Shown here: piece after piece, positions 18,046 to 27,503 of the stretch | Layout of the letters: each line of letters starts with the position of its first letter | Position numbering within the stretch: the stretch's first letter is position 1 | Notes under the pieces: model-generated | Told to the model about the DNA's origin: nothing | What the model saw: the letters and a program-made list of their open reading frames with translations, nothing else | Databases searched by the model: none | Source: an uncultured delta proteobacterium | Lineage (GTDB): Bacteria; Desulfobacterota; Binatia; HRBIN30; BPIQ01 | Assembly: GCA_963761335.1 (NCBI GenBank) | Contig: CAVXGR010000018.1 | Location: forward strand, 320,001 to 384,000 | Direction: 5' to 3' | Length of the DNA stretch: 64,000 bases | Made by a program: the position numbers and the translations under genes

Positions 18046-18867
18046 TCAGTCGGGCTTCTTCTGGACCAGGTCCTCGAGGGTGGCCTCGGCCTCGCCGCCC
18101 GCGTCGAGGCGGAGAAGCACCGTCTGCTTGAGGATGTGGCGACGCACCACCGTGCCGTCGCCCTTGACCGAGACCACGTGGCGGCCGATCTCCGGCAGGG
18201 CGCGCCCGAGCTCGACGTAGGTGTCGTACTCGTAGCGCAGGCAGCACTTCAGCCGCCCGCACATGCCGGCCAGCTTCGAGGGGTTCGGCGACAGGCCCTG
18301 CTCCTTGGCCATCTTCACCGAGACGGCGCCGAAGTCGCGCAGAAAGCTCGAGCAGCACAGCTCACGGCCGCAGGGGCCGACGCCGCCGATCAGCTTGGTC
18401 TCGTCGCGAGCGCCGATCTGCTTCATCTCGATGCGGGTGTGCAGCGCATGCGCCAGATCGCGGACCAGCTGGCGGAAGTCGACCCGTCCCGGGGCGGCGA
18501 AGTAGAAGACGATCTTCGAGCCGTCGAACAGGCGATCCGCCTTGATCAGCTTCATCGGCAGCCGGAGCTCCTGCACCCTCTGCAGGCAGGTGCGCAGGGC
18601 GTCGCGGGCGCGCAGGTGATTGGCGTCGTCGCGGGCGAAGTCCTCGGGCTCGGCCCTGCGGATCACCCGCCGCGGCTGGGCGCTCTCCTCGACCGAGACC
18701 GGCGCCAGCACGACGGTACCCAGCGCGATGCCCTGGTCGGTGGGGACGATCACCTGATCGCCGCGCCCGAGAGTCAGAGAGGCGGCGTTGTAGGTGAAGG
18801 CCCGGCCGTCCTCGATACGCACCACCACGTGCAGGGGCGAGGAGTCGGCGGTCGGCTCCAGCTCCAT
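18046..18867 (-). CDS. PSP1 domain protein (RicT/YaaT-like)
   Basis: RVDFRQLV, GPCGRELCC, GMCGRLKCCLRYE. Confidence 0.9.
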   Translation of the reverse strand: MELEPTADSSPLHVVVRIEDGRAFTYNAASLTLGRGDQVIVPTDQGIALGTVVLAPVSVEESAQPRRVIRRAEPEDFARDDANHLRARDALRTCLQRVQELRLPMKLIKADRLFDGSKIVFYFAAPGRVDFRQLVRDLAHALHTRIEMKQIGARDETKLIGGVGPCGRELCCSSFLRDFGAVSVKMAKEQGLSPNPSKLAGMCGRLKCCLRYEYDTYVELGRALPEIGRHVVSVKGDGTVVRRHILKQTVLLRLDAGGEAEATLEDLVQKKPD

Positions 18868-18870
18868 GGC

Positions 18871-19827
18871 CTAGACCCGCGCCAGCTGCAGGAAAACCGA
18901 TTCGAGCAGCAGCTGCCGGTTCGGGTTGCGCCGGCGCAGCGCCTCGAGCGCCTCGACGACCGTCTCTGCACGGCGGGACAGCGCCGCCAGCGCCGTGTTC
19001 TCGGCCGCCTCGGCCAGCGGGCCGGCGTCCTGGCGATAGCGCCGCAGCAGCCACTCGAGGGCAATCGACGTCATCTCCTCGGTGCGCGAGAGGTCAGTGG
19101 CCATTTTCACGAGCGCACCATATCGAGCCCCCGGAAGACGCGCAAGGCGACTCTGCAGCGACTCGCGCACCTCGGGGGGCAGCAGCCTGCGCAGGCGCAG
19201 GGCGCGCCCGGGGCTGCCGTCGGCGAACAGCGCCAGGTCGTCGATCTCCTGGCTCGGTACCTGCAGGCGGATCTCGAGCACCTGGCGGAGCACGCCGTCG
19301 GCGAGAGGGGCGAACATCAGGCGCTGGCAGCGCGAGCGCACCGTGGGCAGGAGGGCGTCGGCATTGTGGGCGACGAGGATGACCACCGCTCCGGGCGGCG
19401 GCTCCTCGAGCCCTTTGAGGAGAGCGTTCTGTCCCGCCAGGTTGAGGAGGTGGGCGTCGTCGAGGATGGCGGCCTTGCGGGCGGCGTGCACCGGCTGCAG
19501 GCGCAGGAACTGGTTCAGATCGCGCACCCGATCGATGGGAATCTCCCGCTTGTTGCGCGGCAAAGTGACGATCATCACGTCCGCGTGTGCCCCGGCAGCG
19601 TACTGGCGACACCCGGCGCAGACGCCGCACGGCTCCTCGGCCGCCTCTCGCCCGCCGCCCGCCGCCCGCTCGCAGGCAATGGCGTTGACCAGAGCGTCGG
19701 CGACCATGCGCTTGCCGATGCCGGCGGGGCCGGCGAACAGCAGCGCGTGCGCCAGTCGGTCGCCGGCGAGGGCGCGGCGCAGGAAGTCGATCTGGCGGGC
19801 GTGCCCCGCGAGGTCGCCGAAACGCAT
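18871..19827 (-). CDS. holB: DNA polymerase III delta' subunit
   Basis: HALLFAGPAGIGK, CGVCAGC, NALLKGLEEPP, LLPTVRSRC; follows tmk. Confidence 0.92.
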   Translation of the reverse strand: MRFGDLAGHARQIDFLRRALAGDRLAHALLFAGPAGIGKRMVADALVNAIACERAAGGGREAAEEPCGVCAGCRQYAAGAHADVMIVTLPRNKREIPIDRVRDLNQFLRLQPVHAARKAAILDDAHLLNLAGQNALLKGLEEPPPGAVVILVAHNADALLPTVRSRCQRLMFAPLADGVLRQVLEIRLQVPSQEIDDLALFADGSPGRALRLRRLLPPEVRESLQSRLARLPGARYGALVKMATDLSRTEEMTSIALEWLLRRYRQDAGPLAEAAENTALAALSRRAETVVEALEALRRRNPNRQLLLESVFLQLARV

Positions 19828-20480
19828 CAGCGCAGCGGCCGCGCTTCCGCCGCGGCCGCGCTCCGGGCGCCGTCTGCCGACAGCAGCTCGTCGACGCGGG
19901 CGGCGATGCGGGCGTGGATGGCGTCGGGCGGATTCTCGCCGTCGAGGCGCAGGACGTAGCGCCCCTCGATCCGATCGAAGATGGCGGCGCACTTCGCCAG
20001 CTCCGCCTCCTTCTCGAAGAGGTTGGCGGCGACGCCGCGTTGCTCGATGCGCTCCATCGCTGTGGCCGGCGAGATCTTCAGGAGGATGAGGAGATCCGGG
20101 ACCGGCGCAAAGACCTGGTTGCGCTCGAGGATCTCTTCCGGGTCGAGGCCGCGGGCTCCCTGGTAGGCGGCGGTCGAGAAGTAGTAGCGGTCGACGATCA
20201 CCGCTTCGCCGGCCGCCAGCGCCGGTGCGATCTCCTTCTCGACGTGCTCGCGGCGGTCCTCAATGAACAGCTCCAGCTCGGCGGTGGCATCGAGGCGCCC
20301 GCGGGTGGCCGACTCGCGGAGCCGGCGGCCGAATGGGCCGTTGGTCGGCTCCTTGGTGCTGCGCACCGAGATCCCCCGGGAGGAGAGGAAGTCGCGAAGC
20401 ATGCTCGCCTGCGTCGTCTTGCCGGCGCCGTCGATCCCCTCGATGGCAATGAGGAGGCCGCGCCTGTTTCTGCCGCCCAT
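19827..20480 (-). CDS. tmk: Thymidylate kinase
   Basis: EGIDGAGKTT, DRYYFSTAAYQG. Confidence 0.95.
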   Translation of the reverse strand: MGGRNRRGLLIAIEGIDGAGKTTQASMLRDFLSSRGISVRSTKEPTNGPFGRRLRESATRGRLDATAELELFIEDRREHVEKEIAPALAAGEAVIVDRYYFSTAAYQGARGLDPEEILERNQVFAPVPDLLILLKISPATAMERIEQRGVAANLFEKEAELAKCAAIFDRIEGRYVLRLDGENPPDAIHARIAARVDELLSADGARSAAAAEARPLR

Positions 20481-20495
20481 CTCAGCGCTCGGCGG

Positions 20496-20885
20496 TCACT
20501 TGCCGCCTTGGTCGTCTCCCTGCTCGAGAACCAGCCCGATGCCGTAGAGCAGCTGCTTGGTGGTGAACGGCTTGGTGATGTAGTAGTCCGCCCCGAACTG
20601 GTAGCCGCTGATCACGTCGTCATCCTGGGTCTTCGCGGTCACCAGGATCACCGGGATCTGCGCTGTCTCCGGCGACTGCTTGAGGCGCTGCAATACCTCC
20701 AGGCCGCTCATCTCCGGCATCATCACGTCGAGGAGAATCAGCTCCGGAGGCTCGGCAGCGACGGCGTCGAGCGCCTCGCGACCGCTCTCGGCGGAGATCA
20801 CGGTGTGACCGCGAGATTCGAGGGTGCTGCGCAGGATGGTGACCGCGTCGGGATTGTCGTCCACCACCAGGATCTTGTGACCCAT
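20496..20885 (-). CDS. Single-domain response regulator
   Basis: LVVDD, LLDVMMPEMSG, LVTA, YITKPF. Confidence 0.9.
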   Translation of the reverse strand: MGHKILVVDDNPDAVTILRSTLESRGHTVISAESGREALDAVAAEPPELILLDVMMPEMSGLEVLQRLKQSPETAQIPVILVTAKTQDDDVISGYQFGADYYITKPFTTKQLLYGIGLVLEQGDDQGGK

Positions 20886-20970
20886 CGATTTCTCCTCCGC
20901 TCGCCGGTTATCACGCTCTGCGGCCGGTAGACAGCCTTCGCCGCGCCCCACCCCGGAGCGAGCGGTGGCG

Positions 20971-21336
20971 TCAGCCGAGATACTTGCGCACCATCTCCCT
21001 GATCTGTGACGGCCGTGCCGGCTTGGCGAGATAGTCGTCGCATCCGGCGGCTCGCGCCTGCTCCTCGTCACCCCGCATCGCAAATGCGGTGAGGGCGATG
21101 ACCGGTGTCGCCCGGAGATCGCCGTCGGCCTTGATCTGTTTGGTCGCCTCCCATCCATCGAGCCCGGGTAACGCCAGGTCCATGAGGATGAGGTCGGGCT
21201 TCCAGGTTCGCGCCTGGGCGACGGCGGCGTCGCCGTTGGTCGCCTCCGCCACCTCGTAGCCGTCCACAGAAAGAATCTTCGAGACGATCCGTCGATTATC
21301 GTCGTCATCCTCGACGACCAGTACCCGCTTGGCCAT
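20971..21336 (-). CDS. Single-domain response regulator, DivK-like
   Basis: LVVEDD, LMDLALPGLDG, ALTAFAMRGDEE, GCDDYLAKP. Confidence 0.9.
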   Translation of the reverse strand: MAKRVLVVEDDDDNRRIVSKILSVDGYEVAEATNGDAAVAQARTWKPDLILMDLALPGLDGWEATKQIKADGDLRATPVIALTAFAMRGDEEQARAAGCDDYLAKPARPSQIREMVRKYLG

Positions 21337-21403
21337 GCTCCAGTCTACAATGGGCCCGGTTTTGGACGCAAACTTGTCCGACCACATGCCGATAAAGAAA
21401 TTC

Positions 21404-22501
21404 TTACTCGAATCGCTGCACCCAGCCGCGCGGCTCGAGGCGGTGCGGCAGCAATCCGGGGAACGCCTGGTCGGCGGTGCGCAAGCAGACGGCGCACGCG
21501 GCGATGCCGCCGTCTCCCCAGAGCTCGAGGGGCGGTTGCCCTGCCCACAGCCCGCCGAGAATCAGGGTGCTCGCTCCGGCCTCGATGCGCACCCCCTCGA
21601 CGGCGATCACCAGGCCGCGGAACTCGAGCCGTCCATCCACCTGTAGGCGGCCGCGCACCAGGAGAAGGCCGGCGCCGCTCCAGCTGCCGGCGAGCGCCGC
21701 GTCGGAGTCGATCACGGTCACTTGCGGTGCCTCCGAGGTTCCCGCGGAGAGATCGACCGGCAGGTCGGGGGCGGCGTAATGCGTCGCTGGCGGCGCTGCG
21801 GCGATGCGGGCCGCGAGTGGTGTCAGCTCGATGGCCGCATGGCCGAGGCTGGGCGTCCCACCAGCGCCGGGGAGATGGGTTGCCTCGGCGGCATCCAGCT
21901 GGGCGCCGACCTGTGCCGCTGCCGCCGCACTTGGCAGGGCCAGGGCCGGCAGCGGCGGCGCCGCGCCGGAGGCGGATCCAAAGGAGTCGTCGCTGGTGTG
22001 ATCGAAGCCGCTGATCCGGAAGCTGGAGGAGCCGAAGCTGGGGACGACGGGCGAAGCGGCATAGGCCGCCGCCGGTGCGTACGGATCGGCGCTGGGTACC
22101 AGGGTTGCCTCGAGGACGGCGACGGCGCCTGCGAAGCCGCTGCCGATGGACTGCAGCTGTAGCGCTTTGCCGGGGCCGCGCTGGAGGCGGAGCTCGAAGC
22201 GGGCCGGTGCCACGGGCTGGTAGCCGATCGGGTATGGATATAGGCCATCGTCGGCTGTGCCGCTGATGCCGTCCGGTCCGTCGAGCAGCCTGTCGGCGTC
22301 GGCGGTCGGCGGCAGCGCCGCGATTGCCCATTCCAGTGCCCCGTCGGCCGCGTAGAACGCCTCGGTGGCGCCACGAAGACTCTGCTCGATCAGCAGGTCG
22401 TTGCGGGCTTGCAGTACGGCGAGAGCCCCGAGCGGCATCAGCAGGGCAATGACCGAGAGCACCAGCGGCAGGGCGCTGCCGCGCTGGTCACCGCGGCGCA
22501 T
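21404..22501 (-). CDS. PilX/GspK-like minor pilin
   Basis: QRG|SALPLVL prepilin leader lacking Glu5; A.YAADG..E PilX N-terminal pattern; last of four coupled pilin genes. Confidence 0.75.
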   Translation of the reverse strand: MRRGDQRGSALPLVLSVIALLMPLGALAVLQARNDLLIEQSLRGATEAFYAADGALEWAIAALPPTADADRLLDGPDGISGTADDGLYPYPIGYQPVAPARFELRLQRGPGKALQLQSIGSGFAGAVAVLEATLVPSADPYAPAAAYAASPVVPSFGSSSFRISGFDHTSDDSFGSASGAAPPLPALALPSAAAAAQVGAQLDAAEATHLPGAGGTPSLGHAAIELTPLAARIAAAPPATHYAAPDLPVDLSAGTSEAPQVTVIDSDAALAGSWSGAGLLLVRGRLQVDGRLEFRGLVIAVEGVRIEAGASTLILGGLWAGQPPLELWGDGGIAACAVCLRTADQAFPGLLPHRLEPRGWVQRFE

Positions 22502-23093
22502 TGCGCAAGACCACGCTGCTGCGCACGCTGGTGCGCGCCGGCGGTAGATGTGAGGAGTCGCGGCTGGGGACGGCGACGGTGAAGGCGATGTCGACGCGGC
22601 ACACGGCGGCGCGCTGCGCCTCATCGAGGCTGCCCGCACCGGGTGTCAGCTCCTCTCCCGAGGTATCGAAGTAGGAGAAGTGCAGGCTGCCCGCTTCGAG
22701 TGAGCTGGCGAGGGGTTGGGGCGGTGCATTTCCCGATGCCCGGGTCAGGGTGGTGCCGGCCGCGTCCGTACCGTAGGCGACGGTCTCATTGGCATCATCG
22801 GCGTCGCCGTCGCCATTCAGATCGGTGCGCATCGAGAGGCGCGTCGGCTCGGCCGCGGTGAGCCCGGGCCACAGCGGCGCCGTCTCGCCGTAGCCGGCGG
22901 CACGCAGGTCGCATGCCAGTAGGTCGAGAGCGAGGGCGGCGGTCTCCTGGGAGTCGCTGCGCGCCTGCTGCACTCTGCTGCTGCGCAGACATGAGCGGGT
23001 GAAGCCGCAGACGAGGGTCGCGAGAAGGCCGGCGAATCCCGCGGCAACCATCACCTCGACCAGCGAGGCGCCGCGCACCCGTTTGGGGCTCAC
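22488..23093 (-). CDS. PilW-like minor pilin
   Basis: RG|ASLVEVMV; L..DLRAAGY; C-terminal V.LRN; GTGA overlap. Confidence 0.8.
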   Translation of the reverse strand: MSPKRVRGASLVEVMVAAGFAGLLATLVCGFTRSCLRSSRVQQARSDSQETAALALDLLACDLRAAGYGETAPLWPGLTAAEPTRLSMRTDLNGDGDADDANETVAYGTDAAGTTLTRASGNAPPQPLASSLEAGSLHFSYFDTSGEELTPGAGSLDEAQRAAVCRVDIAFTVAVPSRDSSHLPPARTSVRSSVVLRNAPR

Positions 23094-23470
23094 CGTCGCA
23101 CCACGGTGCGCAGCGCCAGCCTTTGCGGCGCCGGGTCGTCCCACTCGACGATCACCTCGACCTGTCGCAATGCCAGCTCGCCGCCAGTGGGTGAGGCGCT
23201 CCAGCTGCGGCGAAAGGGACCGGTCGTGTCGGCGCCGCCGCCGTCGGCAGCGCCGCCGCGCTCGAGCGCCTCCTCCGCCAGTCGCATGGCGCGCATCCGG
23301 CAGCCGCTGCGCCACTGGAGGCGTTGCGCCGCCATCAGGCTCTGCGTCAGGGCCAGCGCCGAGACAGCCAGTAGGCCGAGCGCGACGACCACCTCGACGA
23401 CGGTGAAGGCGGCGTCTCGTGCCCGCTGCCGGCGCCGGGCTCTGCCTCTGCGAAGCGGTTCCGGGCTCAT
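23090..23470 (-). CDS. PilV/GspI-like minor pilin
   Basis: Basic leader then A|FTVVEVVVAL; C-terminal VEVIVEW; ATGA overlap. Confidence 0.78.
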   Translation of the reverse strand: MSPEPLRRGRARRRQRARDAAFTVVEVVVALGLLAVSALALTQSLMAAQRLQWRSGCRMRAMRLAEEALERGGAADGGGADTTGPFRRSWSASPTGGELALRQVEVIVEWDDPAPQRLALRTVVRR

Positions 23471-23907
23471 TGGCTCCGTACCCGCCCGACGATATCGACG
23501 ATCACGGTCCGGCGCCGGCCGTTGGGCGCCTCGAGGACGACCGAGCCGAAGGTGGAGGCGGTGCCGCGGGCGGTGAAACCAATGGCGTCGCCGGCGGCGC
23601 TGCAGTCGACGAGGTCGATGGTCGGGGGGAGGGCGATCTCGATGCCGTCGTCCTCGTAGCCGCTGCCGGCGCGCTGCTGGCGGCGGTAGGTGTCGCGCTC
23701 TGGGGCGAAGGCCAGGCGGCGGCTGCGGTGCTGGCGCAGCGCCTGCGCCCGCGTCTGGCGGAGCGCCGCCATTACCTGTCGAGCGGCGGCGTCCAGACGG
23801 AAATCGGGCAGCCATGCCTGCGCCCGCCAGACCGCAATCGCGGCCAGCGCGGCGGCGATGCCGAGAGCGACGATGAGCTCGAGAAGAGTGAGTCCGCGCG
23901 CTTCCAT
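23467..23907 (-). CDS. FimT/FimU/GspH-like minor pilin
   Basis: RG|LTLLELIV; FTARG and GRVR motifs; AGGAGG RBS. Confidence 0.85.
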   Translation of the reverse strand: MEARGLTLLELIVALGIAAALAAIAVWRAQAWLPDFRLDAAARQVMAALRQTRAQALRQHRSRRLAFAPERDTYRRQQRAGSGYEDDGIEIALPPTIDLVDCSAAGDAIGFTARGTASTFGSVVLEAPNGRRRTVIVDIVGRVRSQ

Positions 23908-24043
23908 GCGCCTGCCTCCTTGCAGTGAGTCTCGTGTACTACGACAGCTGCCGCGCGGCAACGGCCAATTTGCGGCCGGGGAGCGCTCCCCGCTTGACCG
24001 CAACTTGGGCCCGTGGTTCGAAGATGCCGGAGAGGATGCCGCC

Positions 24044-24541
24044 GTGCCGCTCGAGATCCGCTTGGCCCGCCCCGACGACCTGCCGCGGCTCACAGAGATC
24101 TACAACTACTACGTGCGCGAGACGGCCATCACCTTCGACGTCGAGGAGTACACCGTGGAGACCCGCAGGCCGTGGCTCGAGCATCATGCCGAGAGCGGGC
24201 GGCACCAGCTGCTGGTGGCGATCGAGGATGGCGTTCTCGCCGGCTTTGCCGGCACCGGCCCGTTTCGCCCCAAGCGCGCTTACGAGACGAGCGTCGAGAT
24301 GACCATCTATCTCGATCGCTCCGCCGTCGGCCGCGGAATCGGCACGGCTCTCTACGGAGAGCTGCTGCCGCGCCTGGAGCGCGAAGACGTGCACCGCGCC
24401 CTCGCCGGTATCACTCTTCCCAACCCCGGCAGCATCGCTCTGCACCAGCGCTTCGGCTTTCGCCAGGTGGCGCACTTCACCGAGAATGGGCGCAAGCTCG
24501 GGCGTTACTGGGACGTGGTCTGGCTGGAGAAGGAGTTCTGA
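24044..24541 (+). CDS. GNAT N-acetyltransferase (phosphinothricin/MnaT-like)
   Basis: IYNYYV..TAITF, GRGIG, N.GSIALH..FGF, GRKLGRYWDV. Confidence 0.88.
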   Translation: MPLEIRLARPDDLPRLTEIYNYYVRETAITFDVEEYTVETRRPWLEHHAESGRHQLLVAIEDGVLAGFAGTGPFRPKRAYETSVEMTIYLDRSAVGRGIGTALYGELLPRLEREDVHRALAGITLPNPGSIALHQRFGFRQVAHFTENGRKLGRYWDVVWLEKEF

Positions 24542-24568
24542 CCACGCACGGGGCAGGCTCCCTGCTTT

Positions 24569-25918
24569 CTACGCCGCCTGCGACGTCTGTGTCTGGGTGA
24601 CGGGGGCTGTGACCGGGATCACCGCCTCGAAGCAGGTGCCGACACCGAGGGTGCTCTGTACGGCGACGCGGCCGCCCAGCAGCTCGCTGAAGCGCTTGAC
24701 GATGAAGAGGCCGAGGCCGAATCCGCCCGCAGCGGAGGTCGACCGCGAGTAGCGATCGAATATCTGGGGCAGCGCCTTCTGATCAATTCCCTCACCGGTA
24801 TCGGTGACGGCGAAGCCGACGGCGGTGGCGTTCGCCTGCGGGGTGACCATCAGGGTGACCGATCCGGAGGTCGTGTGTCGCAGCGCATTGTGCAGCAGAT
24901 TGCGGACGACCGCTTCCAGCTTGCCGCGGTCGGTGCGCATGCGAATACCCGCCGGGGGAGCTTCCCACAGAAGCTTTACCTGCGGCCGCTTCCAGGCAGC
25001 CGGGAGCTCATTCCGAAGGCGTTCGATCATCTCCGCGAGATCGAACTCTTCGACCGAGAGCTCCAGGCGGCCGGACTGAATGCGGCCGAACTCGAGCATC
25101 GTCTGCACCAGCTCGACGGCGCGAATCGACTGATCGCGAATGTGTTGCAGGCACTCGGCCAGCCGCTTCTCGTCGATGTCGCCCTGGCGCTCCACCAGTA
25201 CCTCGCTGAAGTTGCGGATGGCTCCCAGCGGCGTGCGCAGCTCGTGGGAGAGGATCGCCATGAGATCGGATTTGGCGCGGTCGGCGGCGCGCGCTTCGTC
25301 GCGCAGGTACCCGTTCTCCGCCGCCAGCGCCGCCTGGCGGAAGGCGTCCTGGAGAATGCGGGAGCGATACTGATCCATGGTGCGGGCGCCGACGGCGAGC
25401 ACGAAGAGAAACGTTGCGAGGGCGGAGGCGCTGTACCAGGGTGGGAACGCGGTTATCGTTCCCAGCTGCAGGACGGCAGCATAGCCGGCCACGGGGGCGA
25501 TGCTCGCCAGGAGCTGGTTGCGCAGCCCGAGCGGAAACATCACGGTGAACCCGCCCATCAGCACGGTGATGGCAAGGACGCAGAGCTCGCCGCTGCCGCG
25601 CACCATGGGAGAGTAGCTCAGCATGGCGATGCAAAGAGCGCTGACGCCGCCGACCGCGATGGGGACGGCCCAGGCGGCCCGCCGGCGCAGGGTGACGGCG
25701 CAGGCCAGCGCGATGGCGACATATAGTCCCCCGACGAGAAGCAACGCAGAGCGGTGTGTCGGGCGGGTCATCCACTCCATGACACCGACGAAGAAGACCA
25801 CCAGAAAGAAAGCGCGGAAAGCGGGGCGCGCGTTGTCGATGACGAGCCGGCAACGCTCCTCTGCTTCTACATGAGAGAACGACGCGATTGGCTTCACCGC
25901 CACCCGGGCTGTGGTCAT
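24569..25918 (-). CDS. Membrane sensor histidine kinase (orphan)
   Basis: Multi-TM N-terminus; SHELRTPL, NLLHNA, DTGEG, GFGLGL boxes. Confidence 0.9.
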   Translation of the reverse strand: MTTARVAVKPIASFSHVEAEERCRLVIDNARPAFRAFFLVVFFVGVMEWMTRPTHRSALLLVGGLYVAIALACAVTLRRRAAWAVPIAVGGVSALCIAMLSYSPMVRGSGELCVLAITVLMGGFTVMFPLGLRNQLLASIAPVAGYAAVLQLGTITAFPPWYSASALATFLFVLAVGARTMDQYRSRILQDAFRQAALAAENGYLRDEARAADRAKSDLMAILSHELRTPLGAIRNFSEVLVERQGDIDEKRLAECLQHIRDQSIRAVELVQTMLEFGRIQSGRLELSVEEFDLAEMIERLRNELPAAWKRPQVKLLWEAPPAGIRMRTDRGKLEAVVRNLLHNALRHTTSGSVTLMVTPQANATAVGFAVTDTGEGIDQKALPQIFDRYSRSTSAAGGFGLGLFIVKRFSELLGGRVAVQSTLGVGTCFEAVIPVTAPVTQTQTSQAA

Positions 25919-26197
25919 CGGACTTCGTCTGGCGCTGTCATTGTGCTGCGGTCGCGGATCCCTCTGACCGGTCAGCGCTATTCGTCTATCCCAGTTCCAG
26001 GATTAAAACCAATGGTCTTCGGAAGAACCGGTGCGCTGGCGGCGCCCTTCGAGGCCCCGGGGCAGCCGCTCTCTAACCGACCGGAACCTTTCTCGGACAG
26101 TGGGGCAGTACGGGGAGCGGTGAGGCGCAATTCATCGGTGCCCGCCGTTCCGGGAGGGCGCTTGACTGAGGCCGGACCGCGTGGTTCGAGAAAACGC

Positions 26198-27478
26198 ATG
26201 ACCGTCGACGCCGTCGCCCTGGCGGAAGAGCTCAACCGCAGCTGTCACTGCATCGCCGTCGACCCGGCGAAGCTGCAGAGGAGCCTCGAGTCCGGGCCGA
26301 TCACCGCCGGCGTGTACGCGGCGATGCAGCGAGAGCAGCCACACCTGTTTTCCGCCTCGCCGGTCTTCTTGGCTCGTGCGCACGTGGATCACATGCAGGC
26401 GGTGATCCGCGCCATCGAGAGCGTGATCGCCACCGCGCCCTTTCGCGAGTGGGCGCTCGGCCTGGCGCCCGAGGTCGCCCGGCTCGATTTCGGACCGCGG
26501 GGCGCTTTCCTGGGGTACGACTTTCATCTCGGTCTTCTCGGCCCGCAGCTGATCGAGATCAATACCAATGCGGGGGGCGGTCTGCTCAACGCGGCCCTGG
26601 CCCGCGCCCAGCAGGCCTGCTGCACGGAGGTCGAAGCGGTGCTGAGCGGTACCTGCGACCCAGAGGCTCTCGAGCAGCGGTTCGTGGACATGTTTCGCGA
26701 GGAATGGCGCCGGCAGCGAGGTGAGGCGCCTCTGCGGCGCATCGCCATCGTCGACGAGCAGCCGGCGCGGCAGTATCTCCATTGCGAGTTCCTGCTCTTT
26801 CGCGAGCTCTTCGAGCGCGCCGGTCTGTCGGCGATCATCGTCGACGCCGCCGATCTCGAGCGGCGGGGTGGGCGTCTGTGGGCCGGCGGCGAGCCGGTCG
26901 ACATGGTCTACAATCGCCTCACCGACTTCTACCTGCGCCAGCCGGAGAACGCGGCGTTGGGCGGTGCCTACCAAGCCGGCGAGGTGGTGGTCACTCCGAA
27001 TCCGCGCATCTACGCCCTGTACGCCGACAAGCGCCATCTCACGGTGCTGTCCGACGCCGCGCTGCTGCGCGACTGGGGCATCGCCCCGGAGCTGATCGAG
27101 CTGCTGGCGGCGAGTGTGCCGGAGACGCGCATCGTCGAAGCGGAGCGCCGCGAAGAGCTGTGGCGCGAGCGCAAGCGCTACTTCTTCAAGCCCGCCGGCG
27201 GCTATGGCAGCAAGGCCGCATATCGCGGCGACAAGCTGACGCGCACTGTCTGGGAGAGCATGCCGAGCCAGCCCTACGTGGCCCAGCGCCTGGTCCCGCC
27301 GAGCCAACGCACCATCCGCGTCGACGGCGAGCAACGGCCACTGAAGCTCGATCTCCGCAATTACGTGTACGCGGGCGAGGTGCAGCTGGTTGCGGCTCGC
27401 CTGTACCAGGGGCAGACCACCAACTTCCGCACTCCGGGCGGCGGCTTCGCCCCGGTGTTCACCGAAAACACCGGCTGA
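26198..27478 (+). CDS. Circularly permuted ATP-grasp (glutathionylspermidine-synthase-like) ligase
   Basis: GYDFH...LIEINTN, VYNR, DKRHL, FFKPAGGYGSK, YVAQ, DLR.Y, TNF..GGG. Confidence 0.72.
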   Translation: MTVDAVALAEELNRSCHCIAVDPAKLQRSLESGPITAGVYAAMQREQPHLFSASPVFLARAHVDHMQAVIRAIESVIATAPFREWALGLAPEVARLDFGPRGAFLGYDFHLGLLGPQLIEINTNAGGGLLNAALARAQQACCTEVEAVLSGTCDPEALEQRFVDMFREEWRRQRGEAPLRRIAIVDEQPARQYLHCEFLLFRELFERAGLSAIIVDAADLERRGGRLWAGGEPVDMVYNRLTDFYLRQPENAALGGAYQAGEVVVTPNPRIYALYADKRHLTVLSDAALLRDWGIAPELIELLAASVPETRIVEAERREELWRERKRYFFKPAGGYGSKAAYRGDKLTRTVWESMPSQPYVAQRLVPPSQRTIRVDGEQRPLKLDLRNYVYAGEVQLVAARLYQGQTTNFRTPGGGFAPVFTENTG

Positions 27479-27503
27479 TCTCCGGCGCCCACGCCTGTCG
27501 GCG

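Noticed and set aside
23952..23968. GG-N10-GC upstream of fimT on the minus strand (TGGCCGTTGCCGCGC)
   Set aside because: Poor match outside the dinucleotides; expected by chance in GC-rich DNA
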